A stretch of 57,096 nucleotides of DNA from Acidobacteriota bacterium (GCA_036507075.1 DASXQR010000132.1:1-57096), one strand, 5' to 3'. Shown: positions 28,834 through 39,277, counted from the first letter of the stretch. The notes: generated by a model from the letters alone, not told the origin. Numbers and translations: made by a program.

Positions 28834-31800
28834 ATGACCAACAAGATTGGTTCGGTGTGCTTGTGCCTCGTGCTAGCGCTTTTCCTTCCGGCTGGTTCCG
28901 CCCATGGGCAGGGACTCACCGGGCAAATATCCGGTTCGGTTCAGGATCCGGCTGGAAGTATCGTTCCCGGCGCGGAAGTGGAGCTGGTGGACAACGGTAC
29001 GGGCCAGAAGCGACAAGCGGTCACCGATGACAGCGGAAGTTTTGTCTTCGCTCAGTTGTTGCCGGGCCGCTACAAGCTCAGCGTGAGTCTGGTGGGATTT
29101 AAAAAATACGAGCAGCAGGACATTGTTCTTACCGCCACGGAACGCGTCGAGCTCCGCCGGATTTCACTCGAGTTGGGTGAATTGAACGAAACAATTTCCG
29201 TTAAAGCGGAGGCTGCCCGACTTCAGACTCAGAGCGCCGAACGCTCCGGGTTGATCAGCGCTTCGCAGATTCAGGATCTTTCGCTGAAAGGACGCGACTA
29301 TTTAGGCCTGATCCGGCTGCTTCCGGGCGTGCTGGACACGGCAAATCGTGAGGCCCCGGGTTGGAATAACCTGGGCGGCATCACCATTAACGGCAACCGG
29401 AGCGGGACGATCAATTTGACGCTGGACGGCGTCTCCAGTCTGGACACCGGCTCGATGACCGGCCCGTACCTGGCTCCAGGGCTGGATGCAATTGCCGAGG
29501 TAAAGGTCCTGCTGACCAATTATCAGGCTGAATATGGTCGCAGTTCCGGTGGGACCATCAATGCGGTCATCAAGAGCGGCACGCGCGACTTTCATGGCGG
29601 CGCGTTCTACTTCAAACGGCATGAGCAGTTCAACGCCAACGAATACTTCAACAACCGGAACGGATTGCCCAAGCCGCAATACCGGTTCAACTATTACGGC
29701 TACAACATCGGCGGGCCGGTGCTGGTGCCGGGCCTGATCAAAAATCGCGAGAAAGTATTTTTCTTCTGGTCACAGGAATTTCTCCCGCGCCGCTCTCCCA
29801 CGCGCCAGGGTCAGATCACCTACCCTACAGCGCTGGAGAGAAAGGGAGACTTTTCGCAAACCTTCGACACCAATGGAAGGTTGATCCCCATCATGGACCC
29901 GCTTAACAACCGGCAGCCCTTTTCAGGGAACATCATTCCGCAGAATCGAATCGACAAAAACGGTCAGGCATTGCTGAACATTTTTCCCCTCCCCAACACC
30001 AGCGATCCCGCGTTCCGCTTCAACAACGTTTTTCAAAGCACGGTGGACCATCCGCGGCGCGAAGAGATTCTTCGCGTGGATTGGAATGTGGGACGCAATA
30101 CCACCTTCTACGCGCGCGGCATCCAGAATTACGAGGCGTTCAAGGGCGATTTCAATTTTGTGCTGGCGTCCAACGTGTGGCCGCAGTTTCCCATCAACTA
30201 TCAAATTGAGAGCCGGGGAGTTGTGAGCACCCTGATTCACACGTTCAATCCCACGCTGATCAACGAGTTTACTTTTGGCGTGAATCGCGCTTTGCAGACC
30301 GTGAGTCCGCTGAATCAGGCGGGAATCGACCGCAACAACCGGACCAAGCTGGGATTGACCCTTCCGCAGTTCCATCCGGAGATCAATCCGCTCAATCTGG
30401 TGCCCAACGCCACGTTCGGAGGAGTCCAGAATGCCCCGCAACTGGATATCGAACAGCGCTTTCCCTTCTTTGGTACAAACAACATCTGGAACTGGTCGGA
30501 CAATCTGAGCAAGATTTATGGCGCGCACAATCTGAAGGTTGGAACCTATATCGAGTGGACCACGCGTAATGCGGCGCGCTCCTCGCGCTTCAACGGCACG
30601 TTTGATTTCGGCAGAAACGTCAATAATCCCTTCGATACCAACTACGCGTTCTCCAATGCGCTGCTTGGCTATGTCAACAGTTACACGGAGTCCGACAAGC
30701 ATCCGAACGCGCACGCCCGGTATTGGAATGTGGAGTGGTTTGCGCAGGACAACTGGAAGCTGAACAGGCATTTGACTCTCGATGTCGGCGCCCGCTTTTA
30801 TATGATCCAGCCGACATACAGCGCCGCAGACGATCTGGCCATATTCGATCTTCAGAGTTTCAATCCGGCCAAAGCGCCGCGTTTGATCGAGCCTTACCGC
30901 GCTACTCCCAGCAGCACAAGGCAGGGAAGAAACCCGGTAACGGGAGAGCTGTTGCCCGAGATCAAGATCGGGACGTTTGCTCCCGGAACAGGCGACATTT
31001 ACAACGGCATGAAAATCTTCCACGAGAAGGTCATGAAGACCCCGCCCATTCAGGTGGCGCCGCGAGTCGGTTTCGCGTGGGACATCCACGGAGATGGGAA
31101 AACTGCGGTCAGAGGTGGCATTGGAATTTTTCCGGATCGATACAACGATGATCAGATCCTGCAGTTGGTGGAACAGCCGCCGCTGGTTAACACGCCGACC
31201 GCCAACTACACCACCATCAAAGATCTTCTGAGCACCTCCCTCAGCTTGAGCCCGGCCAGTGTCTTTGCGATCCAGCGTGATTATGATCCGCCCACCAGTT
31301 ACAACTGGAGCGTGGGCGTGCAGCGGGACCTTGGATTCAAGACAGTGCTCGACGTGGCCTATGTCGGATCGGTGGCGCGCCACCTGCTGCAGCGGCGGAA
31401 TTTGAACGCGCTCACGTACGGCACCAATTTCCTGCAATCCAGTATTGACCCCACCCTTACCGGAAACAGGCCGCTTCCCGCCAATTTTCTGCGGCCGTTC
31501 AAGGGCTACGGCGATATCAACTATATTGAGTTTGCCACGTCTTCGAACTACCACTCAATGCAGATGCAGGTACAGCGGAGATTTTCTGAGAACTTCATGT
31601 TCGGGTTTACCTGGACGTGGTCAAAAGTGCTGGACTTCGTTGATGGGAACAACAACAACGTCAACCCGTTTGTCGATTTCCGCACCCGGCATTACGGGCG
31701 GGCCGGTTTTGACAGGTTGCACAATGTGGTCATCAACTATGTTTACAAAGTTCCCGGACTGAGCCCGTACTGGAGCAACCCATTGACACGCTGGGTGACA

Positions 31801-32295
31801 GACGGCTGGGAGATTTCCGGCATTACCTCTTTTGTCAGCGGACAGCCTCTCGGCATTGGGTACAGCTTTGTGCAAGCGGTTGATATTACCGGCGCCACAG
31901 GTGTTGCGGATTCCACCCGTGTAAACCTGGTAGCAGACCCGAACCTGCCGAAGAGCGAGCGAACGCGGCTGCGTCATTTTCGCACTGAAGCGGTGCGTCC
32001 TCCGGATGCGGCCAGTTTCGGGATCGGCAACGCACCCAAAGATCCGATCACCGGTCCCGGAATCAATAATTGGGACATCTCGATATTCAAAACTTTCCCG
32101 CTGGCGAACGACGGTGTACGCCGGCTGCAGTTTCGATGCGAGATGTACAATGCATTCAATCACACTCAATTTTCCGGTGTTGACACCGGCGCCCGCTTTG
32201 ACGCGCAGGGCAATCAGGTCAACAGCCGCTTTGGCGAGTACACGTCCGCGCAAAATTCGCGGCGCATTCAAATGGGTCTGAAGTTTTATTTTTGA
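28834..32295 (+). CDS. TonB-dependent receptor (Oar-like)
   Basis: QISGSVQDPAG, AEYGRSSGG, AQDNWK and APRVGFAWD motifs; ends IQMGLKFYF; GGGAG before ATG 28834. Confidence 0.92.
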   Translation: MTNKIGSVCLCLVLALFLPAGSAHGQGLTGQISGSVQDPAGSIVPGAEVELVDNGTGQKRQAVTDDSGSFVFAQLLPGRYKLSVSLVGFKKYEQQDIVLTATERVELRRISLELGELNETISVKAEAARLQTQSAERSGLISASQIQDLSLKGRDYLGLIRLLPGVLDTANREAPGWNNLGGITINGNRSGTINLTLDGVSSLDTGSMTGPYLAPGLDAIAEVKVLLTNYQAEYGRSSGGTINAVIKSGTRDFHGGAFYFKRHEQFNANEYFNNRNGLPKPQYRFNYYGYNIGGPVLVPGLIKNREKVFFFWSQEFLPRRSPTRQGQITYPTALERKGDFSQTFDTNGRLIPIMDPLNNRQPFSGNIIPQNRIDKNGQALLNIFPLPNTSDPAFRFNNVFQSTVDHPRREEILRVDWNVGRNTTFYARGIQNYEAFKGDFNFVLASNVWPQFPINYQIESRGVVSTLIHTFNPTLINEFTFGVNRALQTVSPLNQAGIDRNNRTKLGLTLPQFHPEINPLNLVPNATFGGVQNAPQLDIEQRFPFFGTNNIWNWSDNLSKIYGAHNLKVGTYIEWTTRNAARSSRFNGTFDFGRNVNNPFDTNYAFSNALLGYVNSYTESDKHPNAHARYWNVEWFAQDNWKLNRHLTLDVGARFYMIQPTYSAADDLAIFDLQSFNPAKAPRLIEPYRATPSSTRQGRNPVTGELLPEIKIGTFAPGTGDIYNGMKIFHEKVMKTPPIQVAPRVGFAWDIHGDGKTAVRGGIGIFPDRYNDDQILQLVEQPPLVNTPTANYTTIKDLLSTSLSLSPASVFAIQRDYDPPTSYNWSVGVQRDLGFKTVLDVAYVGSVARHLLQRRNLNALTYGTNFLQSSIDPTLTGNRPLPANFLRPFKGYGDINYIEFATSSNYHSMQMQVQRRFSENFMFGFTWTWSKVLDFVDGNNNNVNPFVDFRTRHYGRAGFDRLHNVVINYVYKVPGLSPYWSNPLTRWVTDGWEISGITSFVSGQPLGIGYSFVQAVDITGATGVADSTRVNLVADPNLPKSERTRLRHFRTEAVRPPDAASFGIGNAPKDPITGPGINNWDISIFKTFPLANDGVRRLQFRCEMYNAFNHTQFSGVDTGARFDAQGNQVNSRFGEYTSAQNSRRIQMGLKFYF

Positions 32296-32312
32296 TTGAG
32301 TAGAGCCTTGAT

Positions 32313-32723
32313 CTATTCGTTGATCACCAAGGATACGCCTGTGAGCGCCAAATGGAAGTCTGTAGACCAGCAAACTCGAATTCGATGGACCTTCATGAGG
32401 TGAAGGCCGACTGCGTCGGTCATCGTAAGATCCTGATCCGAAAACCGGCGAAGGAAGTCGGTCGCGGCCCTCTGCTCTTTGAGGCCAACCTCCACTGACG
32501 CCAGCGGCGTCATGTCCTCGATCATGGCCAGAAATTGAAGCGCACGTGTTCGATCGTACCGTCGCAGAAACCAGGCATGTCCCTCAGCTACAACCAATGT
32601 CGTTGTCAGCAACGAGGGAGGAGCCGAGAACAGCCGCCGGAACAGTCGGTGATATGTGTCAGATCGGTCTGCGAAGGCGATCAAAGCCGATGTATCTACG
32701 TAAGCTTCAGTCTTTCCAGCCAT
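32313..32723 (-). CDS. vapC: PIN-domain (VapC-like) toxin
   Basis: YVDTSALIA, VVAE, LTMTDA and STDFH motifs. Confidence 0.88.
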   Translation of the reverse strand: MAGKTEAYVDTSALIAFADRSDTYHRLFRRLFSAPPSLLTTTLVVAEGHAWFLRRYDRTRALQFLAMIEDMTPLASVEVGLKEQRAATDFLRRFSDQDLTMTDAVGLHLMKVHRIRVCWSTDFHLALTGVSLVINE

Positions 32724-32931
32724 ACACGACGTCGTCGATATGTTGGCTGGATGCAGAGTCGCCAGACTCTACCATCCCGGCGTAACGCATCCATGGTTTG
32801 GTTTCGTTCACCGGAAGCATAGTGCGGAGGGAACGGCGCAGAAGCTCAGCTAAGGAGATTCCGAGTCGCCGGGCCTCCCGCTTCGCCGCAGAGTACTCGT
32901 CCTCTGTCAGGCTGATCTGGGTCCGAATCAT
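32707..32931 (-). CDS. CopG/ribbon-helix-helix antitoxin (VapB-like)
   Basis: MIRTQISL...GISLAELLR; ends HIDDVVYG; overlaps the toxin. Confidence 0.85.
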   Translation of the reverse strand: MIRTQISLTEDEYSAAKREARRLGISLAELLRRSLRTMLPVNETKPWMRYAGMVESGDSASSQHIDDVVYGWKD

Positions 32932-32966
32932 GATAACAGCTTACATTAAGATGTTATCACCCGCAA
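32931..32966 (-). promoter_or_regulatory. Leaderless sigma70-type promoter with operator
   Basis: TTGCGG-17 bp-TAAGCT, 6 nt before the ATG; overlapped by the inverted repeat TGATAACA-N13-TGTTATCA (32931-32959). Confidence 0.6.
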
Positions 32967-33076
32967 GCCCGCTTGCCTTTACTCAGTGCTGCTTCGGATC
33001 CCGGCGGTCGGTCAATGTTTTTGAGCGCAAAGCTGCGGTTCTAGATGCGAATCGCAGGTACCCCAAGTGTGCAACT

Positions 33077-34918
33077 TTATTGCTTTTTCTCTCCGAGAAT
33101 TGATTCGGCGTAGCGCAGGTCTCCGGTCAGGCCGTCATAGTACTGAAAAATGACCTGCGGCCGCGGGAAGGCGACCCAGCGAGTCTCACCAGCCTGTGGC
33201 GGGCTGTTGAAGACGTTGTTCACCTGCACTACGCAGTAAAATGGGAATCGCAGTTGCGGGCGCGGTATATCATCGAGAAAGTAACTGGACCAGCGGATCT
33301 CCACCTTGCGCCCTCTGGAATCAAATACACCGTTGGCCGGACGGTCACCTTCATCGCCGGCGCGATGATTACTCGAATTGTGAGGTCCGGATGCAAATTC
33401 CCAAACCCGATCCGTGACCTTGATGGCAAAACTGTTGTGAAGATCTCCCGTCAGCACGAAGACCGGTCTGCCAAGACTGTCCCAGAATGCGATGAGCTCT
33501 TCACGCTCGCGCAGGAACACGGTCCAGGCATCGTCTTTGTTCGAAGCGCGTATGGCGCCGCCGCCAACGTGGGGCACGGTGAGATTAACTGAAGATACGA
33601 CAAAAAAGAAATCCGCGTCGCTGGCCGACATTTCTCTCTTCAACCAAGCCTTTTGCTTCTGTCCCAGCATTGAGATCCCCGGCTTGCCGGGATTCTCAAC
33701 GTCATGCATCTGCCGAAACGTGCGGGTATCGAGCATGAAGAAATCGCAATTGGCGATCCTCATCCGGTGGTGCGAAAGCCGGCCGATGGAGTACGATTGG
33801 ATGCCGTTGTGCCTGGCTGCGGGACGAATCCGCAAGCGGTTTTTGTCCAGAACCTGAACAATTTCGTACACGCCGGCATTGGGATCGCCTCCAACTTCGT
33901 CCAACCGGTTGTCATTGACTCCGGCCGTGGGACCACCCCAGTGTACATGCAGGTTGGCCGCCTCTTTCAAATCGAGGCGCGTAAAATCGGCGTTAGGATC
34001 GGTCAGTACATTGCTCCCACTTTCAAGTCTGGCCCTCCCGAAGGCAATTTCCTGTTTGTGCTCGATCGGATTACTCCAGCCGAGGTAGTCAAACCAGGCC
34101 TGAATTCCTATATCCCGAAAAACAGCGCGGCGGTCACGTAGACCGATCTCGCCTGCTCCATACACGTCGTTGAGAATCTCGTGGTCGTCGAACGTGAAAA
34201 ATGAAGGGATGACCCGATGCCAGGCAGCGAGATTCTTTCCCCTTTCCAGGTAAACTTTATAGTTTTCCCACACGCCCACGATGGTGGGAGCGTACCGGAC
34301 CAGTGCAGGGGTCTTCGCGGCCGTGATCCCCACTTGCCCGAGCCACTCTTCGGTCGAGTAGTCCCTGCGGTCCTCGTAGAGCCAGTCCCCGTTAAGGATG
34401 GCAAAATTGATTTTCTCCTGCAGCTTTTCGATCATGGTCTTAAAGGCGGGCAGCTCGGGTCCGCCTCCTGAGCCGACGGCTTGATTGTTGCCGCAGGCGA
34501 ATTCGAAACTGAAATTAAACAACCCTCGCGGATTGTGCAGCGGGTGGCGCGTATCTGCCGGATCGGGCAGCGTGCGAAAGGATCCGCCCGGTCCGGACTC
34601 AGCGGCAGCTCCCGATGGAATGTCGGTTCGATAATAGTACCGGGTGTTGGATTGCAGCCCTTCAATCAACGACCAGCCGGTATTATCCCGCTCAAGCCGG
34701 GTAGTCACAGGCTCAGAAATTTGATCCAGACGCTCTGGATGGGTCCCGTATCGGAGGCGGAATGAACCGGCGCGTGAGGTTCGCGCCCAAATTCCAATTT
34801 GATGGGCGCCTAGTCTTCCTAGAATGGGCCCGTGGGTGATCCGATTTGGAAGCAAAGTCTGTGCCGAGACCGCCAACGTTGCAACGATCAGCGCACACGC
34901 GAGTGCAATTCTACGCAT
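33077..34918 (-). CDS. Alkaline phosphatase D family protein
   Basis: HGPILG, GDWLYE, DDHEI.ND, LDTR, MLGQKQKAWL and LTGDLH motifs; signal peptide from ATG 34918. Confidence 0.85.
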   Translation of the reverse strand: MRRIALACALIVATLAVSAQTLLPNRITHGPILGRLGAHQIGIWARTSRAGSFRLRYGTHPERLDQISEPVTTRLERDNTGWSLIEGLQSNTRYYYRTDIPSGAAAESGPGGSFRTLPDPADTRHPLHNPRGLFNFSFEFACGNNQAVGSGGGPELPAFKTMIEKLQEKINFAILNGDWLYEDRRDYSTEEWLGQVGITAAKTPALVRYAPTIVGVWENYKVYLERGKNLAAWHRVIPSFFTFDDHEILNDVYGAGEIGLRDRRAVFRDIGIQAWFDYLGWSNPIEHKQEIAFGRARLESGSNVLTDPNADFTRLDLKEAANLHVHWGGPTAGVNDNRLDEVGGDPNAGVYEIVQVLDKNRLRIRPAARHNGIQSYSIGRLSHHRMRIANCDFFMLDTRTFRQMHDVENPGKPGISMLGQKQKAWLKREMSASDADFFFVVSSVNLTVPHVGGGAIRASNKDDAWTVFLREREELIAFWDSLGRPVFVLTGDLHNSFAIKVTDRVWEFASGPHNSSNHRAGDEGDRPANGVFDSRGRKVEIRWSSYFLDDIPRPQLRFPFYCVVQVNNVFNSPPQAGETRWVAFPRPQVIFQYYDGLTGDLRYAESILGEKKQ

Positions 34919-34978
34919 GAACAACTCAGACTCATTGAGAGATTCCATTACCTTGCCCCCCGTTGATATCAGCCGATG

Positions 34979-35773
34979 TCAGTCAAACGTAGGCATCAGC
35001 GGCGGCGCAGTTTGCCGCGTCTTCTGCAGCTTGAATGCAACCGAATAGGGGCGGATTTTGCTGTTCTCCAGCTTTCTTCTGTTCTCGGCGAGATGATATC
35101 TGTCTTCCCTGATCCTGGGTTCCTCAAAATCAGCGACGACAAACCGTGACGCCTTGAATTCCTTCCAGTAGTAGGAAAGAGGCCGATGAAACCAGATGAA
35201 CTCAGATTTGAAATGAGCCCATGGAGGATCCGTGCATTTCCTCTCCTCGAAGTACGGGAAATTCCAGCAATAAGATATCTCCGCGCCGTTTTTGGAAACT
35301 GTTGCACCCCCTTGCGGAAAGCAGGGATGTGAGAACACGAGAACCGCCACACCGTCGATTCTGAGAACGCGGTTGAAGGCTTGCATGGTTCCCCGAACGT
35401 CAGGTGTATCCATGAGCAGATAATTCGCGATCACAATGTCAAAGTGCTGATCATCGATTGTGTGAAGCTCAGAGCAGGAATCAACTCGGAAGTCGACATC
35501 TGGATACCTCGAACGCGCCACTTCGATCATTCTCTCCGAAAAGTCGACGCCCGTAACGAGAGCGCCCTGGTCATGGAGTTTCTTCGACAAATACCCCGTG
35601 CCGCAACCTGCGTCGAGCACGGCAAGCCCGTTCACGTCGCCTGCGAATTTCCACAACACGGGGTCGGAATTCAGAATTCGGTTGCTGTCTCCGTGGTCGC
35701 CAACCTGGATCTGCCAGTCGTCGGCCACGCGGTTCCAAGAATTCCGGGTTTCTTCAAGCTCTCTGTTGCTCAT
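34979..35773 (-). CDS. Class I SAM-dependent methyltransferase (probably a former gene cassette)
   Basis: VLDAGCGTG, HPCF and FHRPLS motifs; the 3' end runs through a half attC. Confidence 0.88.
   Translation of the reverse strand: MSNRELEETRNSWNRVADDWQIQVGDHGDSNRILNSDPVLWKFAGDVNGLAVLDAGCGTGYLSKKLHDQGALVTGVDFSERMIEVARSRYPDVDFRVDSCSELHTIDDQHFDIVIANYLLMDTPDVRGTMQAFNRVLRIDGVAVLVFSHPCFPQGGATVSKNGAEISYCWNFPYFEERKCTDPPWAHFKSEFIWFHRPLSYYWKEFKASRFVVADFEEPRIREDRYHLAENRRKLENSKIRPYSVAFKLQKTRQTAPPLMPTFD
34982..35029 (-). other. Half attC-like site
   Basis: GTCAAACGTAGGCATCAGCGGCGG resembles the TCTAACGATAGGCATCAGCCGCG arms at 40308 and 50683. Confidence 0.55.
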
Positions 35774-35791
35774 AAAGGGTTTTCCGAGACA

Positions 35792-38700
35792 CTAAAAGAT
35801 CAGCTTCAACGCAAACTGGATTTGGCGTCCCGGCAGGGCCGACGAGAGTTCGCCTGGATTAGAAGAATCAAAGCTTCTGCTCAGCCCGCGAAAATTCGCG
35901 TGATTGGGCAGGTTGAAGAATTCCGTCCGCAACTGCAGTTTCTTGTGCTCAGTGAATTCGAAGTTCTTGAACACCGACAAGTCGACGCTGATCAAACCCG
36001 GCGCCGAAGCGGTATTGCGTCCGGCGTTGCCCCAGTTGCCGGGCGCCGGATTGCGGAAAGCCGCCGGGTTGAACCACTGCTCACGACTGCGGCCCGCCGG
36101 TGGTTTGAGGGAGATGCCGGCGATGACGTCCGGGCGAGTGTCGCCGCCCGCGTTAGAGAAATTCGTGCGTGCGCTTACAGTGAAGGGATTTCCGGTGTTG
36201 AAAGCATGGATGCCCAGAACCTGCCAGCCTTTCAGCAATACTTTCGCCGGACCCTGCAGGTCGCGCCCAAACGGCAAGTCATAGGTATAGCTGACCACAA
36301 ACCGGTGCGTAATGTCATAGTCGGACCGCGCCTTCTCGGCGCCCCAGTTTCGCTGGTCGCGAGTGCCAACACTATTGTCAAACCCCAGCGAGGCTTGAGA
36401 TGCCTCGTCTATCGACCTGCCCCAGGTGTAGGCGGCGAGGAAACCGAGGCTGTTCGAGAAACGCTTCTCGGCCTTGGTCTGCAGCGAGTGGTAGGTTGAG
36501 CTATTGCAGGAGCACCAGTATGTGAGACTCCCAGCAAGGAAGGGGCGGGGTCGACGCGAGTTGGTCGGGATACTGCCGTCGGCGGTCGGAGTGGGTTGGT
36601 TGGCATCACGAAATTCGTACAGCTTTTTGCCCGCCGAGCCGGCGTAGGAAATCTCCCATACGGTGCTCCACCCCAGATCTTGCTGCACGCTGAGATTCCA
36701 ATGCTGCACGTAAGGGTTGCGGAACCCGGGGTCGAGTGAAAATAAGGCGGCGGCCGTCGGCCTTGAGAAGACGTTGGCCGGCAGCCCGCGGGAAAGCTGG
36801 TTGACCTCGGGGTGGGGTACGCCGAAGGTGACCGGGTCGAACCTTGACTCCACGTAGAAAGGCGGGCTATTGCCGGGGTTCGGGATGCTCAGCGGACCCG
36901 CTTCATAGGAGGAATAAAAAATCCCATAGCCTGATCGGATCACGGTCTTTGGAGCCAGTTGGTATGCAAAGCCCAGGCGGGGCGCCCAGTTATTCCTGTC
37001 CTGGGGGACGAGCTGGCGCGGAGCCTTGCGGTTAACAGGCACCTCGGGAAAGAAGTTCGACGCCAGCGCATCGTTCCGGCCTTTGACAATGTCAAGCGCT
37101 CCGGTAGCCAGATTGAAGTTAGCCTGAGCGTCATACCTCTCGGTGGCGTGGGTAATAAACTCGTAACGGATCCCGAGATTCAAAGTGAGTTTGGGGGTGA
37201 GCTTGATGTCATCCTGGGCGTAGAAAAAATAGCCTGGCTGCTGGAACGTGTTGTCGATGAAGGAGGAGATTCTCGTATTGTCCGTTCTTCCCAGCAGGAA
37301 GTCGGCGAAGCCGAGACCGGTGTTGGCGCGGTTAGCGGGGTCGCGTGTGAAATTGCCGGTGAAACCGAAGCGGCCGCGCGGCGTGGGCGGCTGCAGGATG
37401 CTGAAATCGACCTTCGGTTTGTATTCGACGCCGAATTTCATGGTATGGCGGCTGCGCACCACACCCAGAGTATTGATGATGTGCACGACATTCTCAAACT
37501 CGCGGGTCGGCTGAAACGTGGCGCTGCCGAAGCTGGTCACGCCGCTTACATCGAAGCGCGGCAAGCCGCCATTGCCTGCGGAAAACGGGATACCTGGAAG
37601 ACCTATCTGGGCCGAAAGATTTTCGTCGGAGTTGAACTGCAGGCGTTCGCTCCGCAGGCGGGTGTAGCCGATGCGAAATTCGTTGATCACTCGCGGCGAA
37701 AAGGTGTGGGTCTCGCTGATCACTACGCTGCGCGTGTTGTTGACCCAGTCGCCCGAGGAAAACTGGGCGGCGGCCAGAGGTGGAGGAATCCGGGCCGGCG
37801 GTGTCAGATCCTGATTGGACATACTGAAGCGGCCGAAGATCGTATCCTGGTCGGAAATCTTATGGTCGATGCGAATGTCTCCCTGGTCCGTACGATTTGG
37901 CTCGATTGGGCTGATCAGGTAATTGTTGGCAACGCCCGAACGGGAAGCCGATCCCGGCACGGTTGGATTTGGCATCAGACCGATCAGTTTGACTGACACG
38001 GGATCGAATCGGGAGCTTGGAATCTGGTTGTTAGGAAATGGTTGCCGCGTGTCGGGATCCAGGATGGTATTGAAACCGCTGAAGTCCCCTCGCCGCCATG
38101 CCAACGGGGCAACCGTGGAAAGGAACGTCTGGCCGGTGCGTATGATCGTTCCCTGATAATCGCCGAATAAGAAGGTTCGATTCATCCGTAAAGGACCACC
38201 CACCGCCGCGCCAAACTGGTTCAGGCGGAAAGGAGGTTTGCGCGGGGCAAAAAAATTTCTGGCATCCAGTCTGTCGTTGCGGAGGAAGTGAAAGACAGTT
38301 CCATGCAATTCGCTTGTGCCGGACTTGATGTTGACATTCATCACCGCCCCGCCGGAGCGGCCGAACTCGGCGCTCATGGAGTTGGTCTGGACGCGGAACT
38401 CCGAGATGGCGTCGGGGGAAGGGCCGTAGACGAAACTCGCCTCGTTGGTCAGATCCTGAGAGAGACTGTTGTTATCGATGCCGTCGAGCAGATAGTTGTT
38501 CTGGTAGGGGCGGACACCATTGGAACTGAAGCCGCCCGTTCTCTCGTCGCGGGCGCCGGGAGCGGTGGGAAGAGTGCCCGCCGTCAGCACCGCCAGTCGC
38601 GTGAAGAAGCGGCCGTTCAAAGGCAGATCAACGATTCGCTGGCTCTCGATCACCTGGCCGAGGTAGGAAGTGTCGGTCTGCAGCGCGGGCGCGGCTCCGG

Positions 38701-39073
38701 TGACCATGACCGTGTCGCTGACCTGGCCGACTTCCAGGACCACGTTAACCCCGATGCGATCCTGCACACTCAGCGTGATGCCGGAACTGACCGACCTCTT
38801 GAATCCCGGCGCCTCCACTATCACCGAGTAACGACCGACCGGCAGGGTCGTGGCGACGTAATTGCCGGCGGCATCAGTAATGGTTTTGATGACAACGATT
38901 CCGGTACCCTCGTTGGTGATGGTCACCGTGGCGCCCGGCATCATCGCGCCACTGGGGTCGGTGACCGTTCCCACGATCGAACCGGTGGTTGTTTGCGCAA
39001 GGCAGAACTCTGCTGAAAAGGCAACGCAGGCCCCTGCCGAAAAAATGACCAAAATCCAGATGCTCTTGGACAT
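35792..39073 (-). CDS. TonB-dependent receptor (Oar-like)
   Basis: TTGSIVGTVTDPSG, LPLNGR, SAEFGRSGG and APRLGFAY motifs; ends IQFALKLIF. Confidence 0.93.
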   Translation of the reverse strand: MSKSIWILVIFSAGACVAFSAEFCLAQTTTGSIVGTVTDPSGAMMPGATVTITNEGTGIVVIKTITDAAGNYVATTLPVGRYSVIVEAPGFKRSVSSGITLSVQDRIGVNVVLEVGQVSDTVMVTGAAPALQTDTSYLGQVIESQRIVDLPLNGRFFTRLAVLTAGTLPTAPGARDERTGGFSSNGVRPYQNNYLLDGIDNNSLSQDLTNEASFVYGPSPDAISEFRVQTNSMSAEFGRSGGAVMNVNIKSGTSELHGTVFHFLRNDRLDARNFFAPRKPPFRLNQFGAAVGGPLRMNRTFLFGDYQGTIIRTGQTFLSTVAPLAWRRGDFSGFNTILDPDTRQPFPNNQIPSSRFDPVSVKLIGLMPNPTVPGSASRSGVANNYLISPIEPNRTDQGDIRIDHKISDQDTIFGRFSMSNQDLTPPARIPPPLAAAQFSSGDWVNNTRSVVISETHTFSPRVINEFRIGYTRLRSERLQFNSDENLSAQIGLPGIPFSAGNGGLPRFDVSGVTSFGSATFQPTREFENVVHIINTLGVVRSRHTMKFGVEYKPKVDFSILQPPTPRGRFGFTGNFTRDPANRANTGLGFADFLLGRTDNTRISSFIDNTFQQPGYFFYAQDDIKLTPKLTLNLGIRYEFITHATERYDAQANFNLATGALDIVKGRNDALASNFFPEVPVNRKAPRQLVPQDRNNWAPRLGFAYQLAPKTVIRSGYGIFYSSYEAGPLSIPNPGNSPPFYVESRFDPVTFGVPHPEVNQLSRGLPANVFSRPTAAALFSLDPGFRNPYVQHWNLSVQQDLGWSTVWEISYAGSAGKKLYEFRDANQPTPTADGSIPTNSRRPRPFLAGSLTYWCSCNSSTYHSLQTKAEKRFSNSLGFLAAYTWGRSIDEASQASLGFDNSVGTRDQRNWGAEKARSDYDITHRFVVSYTYDLPFGRDLQGPAKVLLKGWQVLGIHAFNTGNPFTVSARTNFSNAGGDTRPDVIAGISLKPPAGRSREQWFNPAAFRNPAPGNWGNAGRNTASAPGLISVDLSVFKNFEFTEHKKLQLRTEFFNLPNHANFRGLSRSFDSSNPGELSSALPGRQIQFALKLIF

Positions 39074-39144
39074 TGTGGCCTCCCGGGGTTGAAAACTCAG
39101 TTCTTCTTCGGAAATGGAATCCTTCTCACTCGTCTAACACAGTC

Positions 39145-39166
39145 ACAAGACGACGGCAACAGCTTT
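39145..39166 (+). repeat. 22-bp direct repeat ACAAGACGACGGCAACAGCTTT, copy 1
   Basis: Exact copy at 45322-45343. Confidence 0.8.
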
Positions 39167-39277
39167 CTGCCTTCTTCCATCGGGATCACGATCTTTCGGT
39201 CCACCTCGCTCGAGGCGCGCCGCTCGTCGGTCTGCAGCAGCTTGGTGGGCTGCCGTATGTTGGCTTAGAATGACTCC

